DNA of 64,000 nt from contig OZ234493.1 in the NCBI GenBank assembly GCA_965153455.1, forward strand, positions 27,952,213 through 28,016,212. Reading direction: 5' to 3'. Positions 51,457-62,957 of the stretch are shown here, piece after piece. How positions within the stretch are numbered: the stretch's first letter is position 1; the number at the start of each line of letters is the position of its first letter. The position numbers were made by a program, and so were the translations under genes. The notes beneath the pieces are model-generated. The model searched no databases, was not told the origin of the DNA, and saw only the letters and a program-made list of their open reading frames with translations. This DNA comes from Sphagnum compactum (lineage: Eukaryota).

Positions 51457-53637
51457 ATGGGGAGTTCGTGGATTCGTGGAAGCTTGCTGGGAGCAGGAGC
51501 TTTCGGGCATGTGAACTTGGCGATGGATAGAGTGACAGGCTCCTTCTTTGCAGTGAAAACCGCTGTTTGTTTCAATGAGAGTGATGTGGACGCGGACGCT
51601 GGTGCCAAGAATTCGCTGGCGGCAATGGAGAATGAGATCCAGATATTACAAGGTTTGGAGTCGGAGTTTGTAGTGCGGTGCCTGGGAAACGACTGGAGTG
51701 AGGAGGGCGGGAAGCGGATGCGTAACGTATTCCTGGAGTACATGCCTGGCGGCAGTCTCTCAGATCTCTTGAAGCAATTCGCTGGAGCGCAGCCTCTGGA
51801 TGAGCATCTCATCCGATCCTACACTCAGAGCATTTTGCGAGGGATTGATTACCTCCATAACCGTGGAATTGTTCACTGCGATATCAAGGGGAGAAATGTG
51901 CTCGTTGGCAATGCCGGCAGTGTGAAGCTAGCGGACTTTGGATCCGCGAAGCGCATCAATGCATCAGCAGGTATTAAGGTTTCGAAAGGAAAGATCACAG
52001 CGGCGGGGCGGACTTGTGGTGTTTTGAAAGAGCAAGAGCTGGAGCGACAGCAGTTGAAGAAGGACTCTACGATGGGGAAGGTGAATGGGACGCTGCTGTG
52101 GATGGCTCCTGAGGTGGTGTTGCAGAAGGAGCAGGGATTGCCCTCGGACATCTGGTCGCTGGGCTGCACTGTTGTGGAGATGGCCACGGGACGTGCCCCA
52201 TGGGCGCACATTGCGGATCCTTTAGTCGCTCTGTACCGCATTGGGTGCACAGACGAGGTGCCGCAAACGCCCGCTCGTCTCTCGCAGGAAGCGCATGATT
52301 TTCTTGCGCACTGCTTTCAGCGTGACCCTTGCAAGCGGTGGACCGCCGCACAACTCCTCCAGCATCCGTTTCTCACAGTGAATCCAGGACAAGCTCCGGC
52401 ATCATGCGTGGATGCTGTTGGAGCTCCTGGATTTCAACCCTCAAAGAAGAGTCAGGTTGTTGCTCCTGCTTCTCCCACCAGCGTTCTGGAGCTCCATCAC
52501 GGTTCGACGAGCAGCAGCTTGGTTCTCTCCTCCTCACTCGAGAACTCTATTCCGCGTCTCTCCACTCCTTCCTTCTGGAAGAAACTCGCAGCTCTGGAAT
52601 CTCCCAGGAATAGGCCACAGATCGAGGAAACTCGTCAAACAGGGAGCAGCGGTAGCAAGGATTGGTGGGGCATGTCGCCTCTCAGTCCACTTCCTCAAGG
52701 AGAATGGATCGTGGTTCGATCTCCTAAGGCTAATTCCAAACCGCAGAAAAAGTTCGAGACTCCTTATGAGCTTGCAGATGCAGAGATCACTCGCTCACAC
52801 CCAACTTTTGTTGTTGCTGATGCATCCAATGTCAACCGTGAAGTCCTCATTCCGGAGATCCAAGATTCTTCTTCCACATCAAGTGCACATTGGTCTTCGG
52901 AGTGTTGCACCCAGGAGGACCTTCCCCAATGTCCACCAGCAGAATTCTTCATGGAATCTTCTTGTGGAGCTTCAGCAGCCTCTTCCTTTGAACTTTTCCC
53001 CACTCCTCCTCCCTCCCCTTCTGCTTGCACTGTCAGAGTGGGTGAACCTACAGTGGGGCAGCAACTTGGACTCAGCAGCTATGGATCATGTTCCATCAAG
53101 AGTCTAAGTAGATCTAGTACCTCTGGGTTTTGGCAGCACCAAATGCTGGTGGGGATTAAGCCCAATTCAGTTCCAAGATCTGTACATCATGATTCAATGG
53201 AGAATCAGTCAGTCTCTATTGATTCTCCATATTGGAGATGGGTTTTATCATCAGGAGTAGATGAGTCTCACAGTGCAGGACAAAAAACTTGTCTAAGGTT
53301 ACTATCACTGGAGGTGTTGGAAGAAAAGTTGCCACCCAGAAGAATCCAAATTGAAAAGAAAGTTTCCTTGCCGTGGTTTTCTGAGTACAAGCACCTTAGG
53401 TTTTCTCAAGACCTTTCAGGTCTTTGTTGTACTTGGCCATGGATGATGAGTAAACACAGGATCTTGATTCATTCAACTACTGCTTGTGCACCACATGTGT
53501 GTTTGTGTGTCAAGTGTATGTTGTTACCTTTTTCCATAAACTCTGTAAGTCTTCTCAACTGCATTTTGTGGCAAGCAATATGCATTCTCTTTCTTTTCTT
53601 AAGGACATTGTCTGCTTATGCTACCAAGATGAATTGA
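51457..53637 (+). CDS. Mitogen-activated protein kinase kinase kinase, plant MEKK-like MAPKKK13-21 clade (MAPKKK17/18-like), 726 aa, apparently intronless
   Basis: Uninterrupted ORF (track start GTG 51418; first ATG 51457, MGSSWIRG). Kinase motifs GAGAFGHV, FAVK, ENEI, LEYMPGGSL, HCDIKGRN, DFG, GTLLWMAPE, DIWSLGC and HPF are intact; clade-typical SPTSVL and WIVVR motifs follow the kinase domain. Confidence 0.95.
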   Translation: MGSSWIRGSLLGAGAFGHVNLAMDRVTGSFFAVKTAVCFNESDVDADAGAKNSLAAMENEIQILQGLESEFVVRCLGNDWSEEGGKRMRNVFLEYMPGGSLSDLLKQFAGAQPLDEHLIRSYTQSILRGIDYLHNRGIVHCDIKGRNVLVGNAGSVKLADFGSAKRINASAGIKVSKGKITAAGRTCGVLKEQELERQQLKKDSTMGKVNGTLLWMAPEVVLQKEQGLPSDIWSLGCTVVEMATGRAPWAHIADPLVALYRIGCTDEVPQTPARLSQEAHDFLAHCFQRDPCKRWTAAQLLQHPFLTVNPGQAPASCVDAVGAPGFQPSKKSQVVAPASPTSVLELHHGSTSSSLVLSSSLENSIPRLSTPSFWKKLAALESPRNRPQIEETRQTGSSGSKDWWGMSPLSPLPQGEWIVVRSPKANSKPQKKFETPYELADAEITRSHPTFVVADASNVNREVLIPEIQDSSSTSSAHWSSECCTQEDLPQCPPAEFFMESSCGASAASSFELFPTPPPSPSACTVRVGEPTVGQQLGLSSYGSCSIKSLSRSSTSGFWQHQMLVGIKPNSVPRSVHHDSMENQSVSIDSPYWRWVLSSGVDESHSAGQKTCLRLLSLEVLEEKLPPRRIQIEKKVSLPWFSEYKHLRFSQDLSGLCCTWPWMMSKHRILIHSTTACAPHVCLCVKCMLLPFSINSVSLLNCILWQAICILFLFLRTLSAYATKMN

Positions 53638-55131
53638 ATTTCGTTTTCTTGGGCATCTAAAGCTTCAGTGCTTCAAACCATAAGCACAAGATCAGAATGT
53701 CTCTGCTTCTGGCAATGTGTTTGGGTTGATATCTGCCATGTTGATGAGTCTCTCTTGCAAGTTACAGGTACTGCACACTTTTGTAACCATCACAAGGTGG
53801 CAGCTATGGGGTCCACTCTGAACTCAGAAGCTTCCCGGTTCCCTACTCATACTTTTGAATGATTAAATTACCTGGAACTTCATTGTTGCTTGGTTGACTC
53901 CTATGAGTTGTTTATCACACAGTATGGGGCACCCAGATGTCACCATTTGCAACTGAGATCCATTTGCAAGTAGGCCATGAGCTCTGACCATTAGGCTCTG
54001 TTGCCTTGAATGCTTAAGCACAGGACATGAGTTGTCTGCACACACAGAGTATTAAGTATTATATTATGGCAATGGTTGTGTTATTAGGACAACAATATAT
54101 ACATGGTAGTGTTATTAGCTTTGCAAGACCCCCATGATACAATAACTCCGTTGTATTCACAAATGAGCATGTAATTCTCCAATTTAGGGTTGCAGGTAAT
54201 GTTGACAAATTGGAGAAAGCAGGGAACCACAATTTGGCATGGAATAGTAGTTCTAGTTGCATACATGGAGTATCATTGAAGAGTCAACATATAAAAAAGG
54301 ATTGAACCCAAAAGCAAAAGCTTGAGTCAAAGCTTAAAATTTGGCCATAAAATTGTGTTTTGTTGTGTAAATGCAGTGGAGTGGGCCTTGAGAGTTCAAC
54401 CCATCAAATCTAATTCCACAGGGAAAGTGAAGAATCCATTTTTGGGAGCTCATGAATCTCACCAGGTTTGAGCATTTCTGGGAGCAAACAAAGACAGTAT
54501 CCATTGAGGGGAACAGAGCATAGTTATGGTTGCTGTGCGCAAGTGCTTCCAGTTGGTACTGTAAGCTTCTTTGTACAGTTCAACAACACATCTTGAGAAA
54601 GTGATTTGCTCCAAGATTGAGTTGGTTACACTCAACGATCAGCCATGGACTGGATATTGAGACTAACCAACATAGCTGCTGCATGTATGCCTCTCATCAG
54701 TGCACACTTCAGTGCATCGTGTGATGATGAGTTCCTTTGAATCAACAATACCACATTTGCAGTTTTACTCTCAATATTAACATTTTTCTTTGATTAGTGG
54801 TTGGCAATCTGGTTAATATTAAGGGCCACTTTAGACAAGGGTCCAGGGTCCAAAATTCCAGGGACCAATTTAAAGCAAATTGGAGCAAATTGGACCTTTA
54901 AATTGGACCCTTCTTCACATTAAAAAAACATTTTCCTTAAAGGTAAAATGAGTGTGTGTAAAGGTATTGGGTCCAATATGAGGGTCCAATTAGTAAAAAA
55001 GTGAGATTCACATGTGAGAAGATTAGGTTGTCCTTTAATTTAATTTTTTTTCTCTTTTCATTTTTTTCATGTTTTTTTCTTTGTTTCTTGCTTTCGCTTT
55101 GTTTTTTTGTGCTTTCTACTACAAAAACAAA

Positions 55132-56506
55132 ATGGATGAATGTAGGTACAAGATACTGATGGTCCTCGTTTTTACTATGGCCATCAATGGCCATCCATCG
55201 ATTCATTGCACAAGTGATCTCATTGCAACAAGTAACTATTATACAACATTGGAGTATAATGAGTGTTGTTATTTTTTTCAGAGTTTGTGGACATGCCACC
55301 AAGAGTTCGGAGCATATGGAGGTATTAGAGGGTAGTTGATATATGAAGAATCAACTTTTTGGGAGTTTTTTGAAGAAGATGTTTCAACAACGTACAAGGT
55401 TAAGCTTTGACACATTTCATGCTTTGATTAGGGTTGTAGGTCCAAAATCTTGAATGAAAAAATACAAATATGAGAGAAAACATCCTTGTGAAAGCTAGAG
55501 TAGCAATGACTCTTACAAGATTGGGGAGTGAAAATTCATTACAAATGTGTGGAGAGGTCTATGGCATTGTAGAAAGTATGACATCCATTATAGTGACAGA
55601 ATTTTGTGTAGCAATTCAAAAACACTTGAAACCATTGGTGATACCTAAATTGACCAGAAACAAAATCAAAGAAATTTCCACTAGTTTTGAATGTTTACAT
55701 GGAATTCCTTACATCCTAGGTGCCATAGATAATAATCATGTTCCAATTATTGCACTTAAGGTAGATCCCAAATCATATTATTGTCATTAAGGTTTCGACT
55801 CCACATTGATTCAAAGAGTTGTAGATGCAAAGTGTAGCTTATGGGATTATGACTATGGGTGGGCAGGTAGTATTCATGATTGGGCTCTTTTCCAAAAAAA
55901 AAATTAGGAAATCGAGTGATGAAAGACAAGTTTTTACCTTACAAGTTGATAGGAGATGTTGCTTATTTAATGTGACCATGGTTCTACTCCCCATTCAAAG
56001 ATGACAAAGATGGGCTACCAAGATACAAGGCACACTGGAATTTTATCCAATCAAGTACAAGGATATCAATTGAAAGAACTTTTGGAATGTTGAAAGGAAG
56101 GTTTAAAATATCATTCAAAAGAGTCGACATTCCATTGCACCACATGCCAAACTTGGTGACAACTTGCATATGTTTGCATAAAATGTGCATTGCCAATTTA
56201 GATGGCTTTGATATGGATTGGGTTTTAGAGGTTCAAAGAAAAGCAAATTCAACGTTTGGCAACATCAAAGGAACTAATTTGTTCAAAGTGGTTGAAGAAG
56301 CAATCAAACAAATGAAAAGGCTACAAAATCTAGGGATAATGGATGATGATAGGATTGACATGGAGGACGTAGAACATCAAGGTGAAAACGAAGATGTGAT
56401 AACCATTGAAAACAATCCTAGTAAGAAAGCAAAAGAAAAAAGGATCAAGAAGATGTTGATGGAGGCCATGGCAACTCATGAACTTTTTAGCAAAAAACTT
56501 CTTTGA
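55132..56506 (+). pseudogene. Harbinger DDE transposase (HARBI1-like) pseudogene
   Basis: RVAMTLTRLGS, GIPYILGAIDNNHVPI, GWAGSIHD, LIGDVAY and NFIQSSTRISIERTFGMLKGRF motifs, with stops and frameshifts. Confidence 0.92.
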
Positions 56507-56619
56507 AATTTATTTGAAAAAAAATGGCAAACTTGCTTTCCTAGATACACAGATTTTGGGTCAGATTATGATGTATGACTCAAAGCTTGTAAATTATGTA
56601 ACCTTATAGTTTATCTATG

Positions 56620-57100
56620 AGACATCCAATTTGGACATCCATATTTTTGAATAAAGCATTAGTTTCTACAAATTATTGTAACATTATTATGTTATTTTTA
56701 GCTGTGGTTGAAAAGTGTTCAAGGACATTTTTTTGCCTCTTGTTTTGTTTTGTACCCTCATTTGGAGTAATTAGTCTATCTAAGGGTTCTTTACTAGCAT
56801 CACCCCTAGAACCACTATCAAGATTTGTTTGAAATTTCGGATTGCCCATAATTTCATCAATTTCATTTGGTGAAACACTCACATGCTTCATCACATTTCC
56901 ATTTTGGTGCCACCAACTATCCATCGCATCATAGAAAGGACATTCATGATGATCATTATTTGAAATCCCATTTGCAATTTTGTCATCTTTGTATTGCTTG
57001 TAAATTATATTGAACTTCCACTTGCAAGTAATTGGAGTCCTTGAAAAACCAAGGAGTGTAGCCAACATTTGGATGCGCAATTTGATCCGTGTATTCACCC
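56620..57100 (-). pseudogene. Harbinger Myb/SANT (trihelix-like) DNA-binding protein, last exon
   Basis: RTPITCKWKFNIIYKQYKDDK...HECPFYDAMDSW in ORF 56673-57098; preceded by an acceptor-like TTTTCTCTTTTAG at ~57101; upstream exon not resolved. Confidence 0.8.
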
Positions 57101-60100
57101 CTAAAAGAGAAAAAAATTAGGATCAAAAGCCTTGATTTATGGGCTGAAAACAATCCTTGAAACAAAGAAATCAGAATTGATTATATGAAGAAACCAAATG
57201 CAAACCTCATCAAAGCACTTGAAATAAAGTTGGTTTTGTGGTTAATTCTTTTCCTTCCCCCCAAGGAGATGTGGGTTCAAATTTCATTGTGGCCAAATTG
57301 GTGACCTCCAATGAGGGGAAAGGGGGACAAGGGCAAGAGGCCTAATTGGCCCAATGTGAATCTGATTTTTTGTTGTTTTCTTGCCTACTTTACTTTCAAA
57401 AAATTTCTCATTACATCCAAGTTTCAATTATGAAAACAAAACAAAAATTAGATCTTTTAAAAAAAAAAGTAGGATTTCAATAAGTTGGAATTTACCTTGT
57501 TTCTTCGCAATTTTGGTAAATTCAAGTTCCATTTCTCCTCATAGTGCAATTAGATGTAGAACTTCACCATCCGCGAACCTTTGTGTGGATCTGCAAAAAC
57601 AACCATGCCAACATTAGATGTGCTTGAAATTGGAATGGAGGGTGTGCACCGCACCCCACAATGTCCTCCTCCATCCATGAAATATCTTCCATTCTTGCAC
57701 AATCTCAACTTCAAGAACAAGTGAAAAAAAAACCTTGAAAAACATTGTAAAATAGTGAAAAACAATGGAAGAAACAACCTTGGACCCTGGCTTGTAAATC
57801 TTGGTTCTCCAAACCATGAGCTCTCCTTTGAGCTCCATTTTTTGGTATGGACCAATTGAATTTCCCTCCAAAATAGTGCTGTGTAGATGCCACCTCAATT
57901 TATGGCTCTCAACCAATAGGAATGCTCCATTTTGTTGGACCTTGGACCCTTGTCTAAAGTGGCCCTAAGTGATCTTCTAAAAGCACATGTTACTCAATGT
58001 ACACTGTCCAGTGCATTGTGTTGTGAGATGAGTTGCATAGAATTCAACAATGCCCATTTGCACTACTACTCTTAGCATTTGTTTGGTTGCTGGTTGGCAC
58101 TGTAGTTGAAGTAAAGAACAGTCCCTCTTCAAAGTAATTTGGGTACCTGTTCAAAAACATAAATTCCCAGCCCTAGCAATTACAGCCACATACCCTGTTC
58201 ACAACTGAATCACAAATGTCTTGTCACACTGCCCAAGAACATTTGTTAAATGTATGTACTAGTTGATGATCTCTGTACATTCAAATCAAACTTTGTTGAC
58301 ATCCTCCAAGTCTAACAAGTTCTTGCAAGGAATGTCCACTCTCTTTACAGAACATAACAGCTGCTGGACATCCAACAGCCTCTGTGACTTTACTACTGCT
58401 GGTCTGGCTCTAACAAAGTTGAAACAGATGACAATAGTCTGCGTGACAGCTTTCCAGATCAAATTATTCAAAGAAAATTTGAAAACTATTGACCCATATG
58501 TGATTGCCACTAAGGAGGAGTCAGGGATATGTAGTACAACTCCCTCAGAGTTATGAGAAGCAGTAAAAGTGGGGGCCAAAACTACATTACTGGACTGTTA
58601 GCCTACTCACAACTTGAACTATCACATTGTTTTATCACAAACTGTCTAAAAGCCCCAACATACAATTCAAATAGTCAAATCCAATGTTCTGGATCCTTGA
58701 TAGAAGAGCATTGGAATAATTCTGCTAGTGTTGTTGTTTCATATGGATCAGGCTCACTGGTCATGTAGACAACAAGTTGATGAAAATTATATGTTGCCTC
58801 TGGTCAAGCCTTCCACCTGCAGACCTGCAACCAATAGGCAGCTATTAGAGGGGGCTTCAATGGCAGGTGTGGCTGGAGCAAATTGGGCTCCTGTAGATAA
58901 CTTGTATGTCAACAACATCGACCTGCCAGTTTTAGGAATTTGAGATTGAGATATGCATATGCAATCACATGCTTGCTAGGAAACTCTTCAATATTGAATA
59001 ATTCCTGTGTGTTCTATCCAAGCTCCTACAGCCAGAGGTCCAGACTTACTCCAGTCCAGTGTCAATTTATACACACATACACTAAGTTAAATAAGTCATT
59101 GTTGACTTATAAATTATAATACAATCGGTTAATAGACAAGTCTCAAATGACTCTTCCATCCTTCGCAAATTGTTCTGTCCATGTTAGGCAGAATGTGCTA
59201 TCATACTTTCCTTTCTTTTTCTTTTGGAGTGTAGATTGCTGCTCAACAAGAGCATAAGGCACTGCAGGCTGCCACCCACCAGCAAGCCAGTGGCAAAGGG
59301 CTCCATTGATTGAACATAAGATCTAATGTGACACTGCAGCCAGCAGACCTTATGGCTTATGATTGAACATAAGATTTTCATTTTAGGGAGGTGTCAAGAC
59401 TAATATATTCCAGGAGTCTTGCCCCCAAGAATTCAACAGAGTCTTACACCCAGCAGTGTAAAAGAACCTTCTTGGTTTGTCAGTAAGCAAGCATCAGTAC
59501 TGCCCTGAAACATATTCGATGGGAAGACAACAGAATCTTGCAACATGCTGCAGTGCAAGAAAACCTTTTGCCAGTATGCAAATTCAGGTCAGTATTACCC
59601 TGAAACATATTGTAGGATGTGAAGAAAGAGGTTACATTAGAAGGCCCAATTTGACCCATCTGCACCAGATAGAGAAACTTACCCTAATTGTAACAACTAG
59701 AATGGCAGTTATACAATCCAAGTATATTACATTGATGATGATATAGGCAAGATGTGCATTGATAAAGGGGCTGAAAGTAGGATTTACAGACCTGTCATTT
59801 GACTCCATATCTGTAATTGGTTAAACCATGTGCAATTCTAAAATATGCTCTACAAGTATATAATATATGAAAGAGTCAAAATCATCAATCCAAAGAATCC
59901 GGAACAATGTAGGCAATACAAATTGTGGTCAGCAATAAAAATCAATATCTTCTTTCTGTTCATTGCCAAGAGATGATACAACTGTTTATGACCCAATAAC
60001 CCAACACAAAAAAAATTGGACACATTGCAGCTGAGTTCTTCTATATTTGTGGATGGAGAGTCCTGACTCAACATCTCATCAGTTAGTTTCCTTCTTTTAT

Positions 60101-62666
60101 TTTGTAAAAACAAGTGTGTTCCTTCACCTGTTGGTTTGAAGATTGATATACTGGCATTGCTACTGCAAGATCAGGTTCCTGTAACCCTGATCCATGATAA
60201 CTGATCAATCACACACTAGCTGTCAGTCCTATGATAGTCAGTGAAGCAGCAAGTGTAGCCAAGACACAGCCATAGAACGCCATTTTGTTAGTGTTACATC
60301 AGGAGTTCTGGATATATGTAACCTAATTATCTCTGAGGCAAACGTTAAAATTTCAGGTCCAAAATCTTTGGTTAATCCAAAAGCATCAAATCCAAGAAGA
60401 ACAACTGGCAACTATGCAATCTACTTCTTCCCCACAACTGCTGGCATTTAGTTCATATCAATCAAATTTGGGTCTCTAAACTGCTCAATGTTTGAAGTCA
60501 CAATCTTTTGAAGCTGAAAATGGCCAGGATAAGTTACCACACCAGCAAATCTGAACTATAAAAACCATCACCTTCCATATGTGGCCAGCCTAGAGAGAGA
60601 AAGAGCGGCATCTTTGGAGAGAGCCATATATGGCCAGCCAACAACAATGTCCTAGGTATATGTACATCAAGCAAGATGCATGTCTAAGCTTTAGTCATGG
60701 GATCCTGAAGTTAGTTTGGTGGCACAGTTACCTAACGGCCCAAGTGGGTTCCATCTCATGTGGATGCAGAGGCAAGACCTTTAGTACTTGAACCCAAGTG
60801 TTGAACCTAGTCAGGCAGCAAAACTGGATCAGCTTTGTGTAGCATGAAACAGCATTCCTATTGTGTACCAGGATTGTTTGTTACTTTTAGGGAGAGAAAC
60901 TTCTCCAAATCCAATGACTATCTTCAGATATCGGGATTTGTCTAGTTGTCCAAAGAACCACCTAGTTTTCTTGACATTAAAAGTCTTTGTGTCTCCTTAT
61001 TCCATATGAGGGATAAAGGAAATGAGGATGATGATTATGTATTTTTATACATCTAAGATCCCCCAAAATGAGATTTCAAAAAATTAATTGATGGAGTATT
61101 TTCTTTTGGGTAGGGGGGGGGGGTTGTTATTCATGCAATCCAACACTTGTATCACAGGGAACTTTTTGGAATGAAAGTGATAAGCTCTTAAGCATGTCCT
61201 CAGGTCCTCTGTTTTAATCTACCAATGACATATAGTGAGCAAGGGGCAACTCATAAAGGCCAGAGCCCAAAGCAGAGACAATGCAGTAAAAATATTAGGA
61301 GGATCATCCAACATGCTGTCACGACACAGCATGTTTGGACCAAAGATTTGTCATAAGACAATCTTGCAAGGAAGATGGGAAGAGGATGAACCAAGAAGTT
61401 AGAATTCCCATCACATCACTTTGTAATGCTACAGACTCACAAGACTGAAGACAGTAAAAAATAAACAAATAAATAATAATTTAAAAACAGACTGAAGACA
61501 GTAATGGTACTTGCTCTATGAATCCATCACACCGCAACCCAGCTATTACTTCAAAGGTATGTGGAAACCATGAGCCTAAACTCAAGTTCATTAATCTATT
61601 GGATGTCAGAAGCCAAACGCCAAACACATAAACAGCAAAACTGAAATGACACCCAACGTTTCAATCATTGATTCATATTGCATGTGTGAGGAGCAATCAA
61701 AAAAATCATATATAGGTGAGATTTTTTTGAAAAAAATCACCTGTATAGGAGGAGGCCTTATCCCAAGGGCCTTCCTGGTTCAAGGGCCCTGGAATGAGGG
61801 CAGAGCTCTAGTGGAAGGGCTTGATAAGGCCTCCTGTGTAAAATCTGAGGAGGTTTATATTTTAAATTCAACAGCCTGGATCAATTGCTCCAATTGCTAG
61901 GGTTACAGTATCGTCTTGCCTATGTTGCCTTACAACACTCTTAGTTGTTGTTGCATTGTTTCCAGATCTACAGAAGGAAATTCAAAAATTGTAAAAGAAA
62001 GTGCACTTTCAAGATCAGGTCACACATCATAACCCTCCTACTGCGGTGTGTAACATACAAGCTGCCCTCACAACAGGGATTGTACTGTGGTGCCCTAGCT
62101 CAAATATTATGTCATATGATTCCATTAAAAAAACATACTGGAAAGAAGTTCTCATGTTTCTAAGAGGAGGTGATGGAGACTCTCATCTCCAAAGTTCAAC
62201 CTTAAACCTACTCACTGATTATGCAACATCAAGGCACTCCTATCGATCAACCACTCAAACTTAATGCAACAAAGATTGACTACAAAAAAATTTAATTGTT
62301 CATGATGCAGAGCCTTCACACCTCCTATGTCAGCCCTCACACCCACAATTTCATGACTCAGTTATCGATCATTGCTGAACAGAACCATTCAGATGAATCA
62401 GGGGATATGTTACCCTTGAAAAGTCCAGTTTTCCTATTTAGAGTCTGCAGAATCTGAGAATAATATATATAATATGAGGATGGTTCACGGCCAAAAAATA
62501 AGGGTGTCTGGATGACACATAAACCGCACTTACAAGAAAGGACAACCCATGGTGCCATTACAAACGAGAGCATCTTAGGGCCATGCTGGCACTATGGGCA
62601 GTGGTGTAACAGTAGGTAGCAGAAGCTCACCAAGGTGATTTGGTGAATGTGAACAGCAGTCGCTTC

Positions 62667-62957
62667 CAGTGTCTTTTTCTCCCAATTTTGTGATGTAAAT
62701 GAGGTGATGATCATCCATAAGCTGACCTAGCCAAATTTGGCCATTAACAACATGTGAAAGGAAAAAAATTCAACACCCTTGAACCATGTTTTTTACTACC
62801 TACTTGAACCATGTATAGAAATGTGGAGATTTTTTTATAAGAAAATTGATTTTTTTTCAATTTTCACCAAAAAATTCAATATATTTTTGAATTTGCAACA
62901 AAAGAAATTCCAAATTTTCACTATAGTGCAAAATTTCACACCATAAACAAAAGGCTG
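62667..62957. mobile_element. hAT-type MITE
   Basis: CAGTGTCTTTT...AAAAGGCTG ends; flanks GTCGCTTC/GCTGCCTC (5/8); family core present. Confidence 0.65.

Larger units (their letters stand above)
54823..57965 (+). mobile_element. Full-length decayed PIF/Harbinger DNA transposon
   Basis: ~31-bp TIR GGGCCACTTTAGACAAGGGTCCA(G/A)GGTCCAA at both ends; TAA TSD (54820-54822 and 57966-57968); two convergent genes. Confidence 0.97.

Noticed and set aside
50814..53107. Long antisense and alternate-frame ORFs overlapping the kinase (332 aa, 231 aa and others)
   Set aside because: Expected shadows of a GC-rich coding region; no independent motifs.
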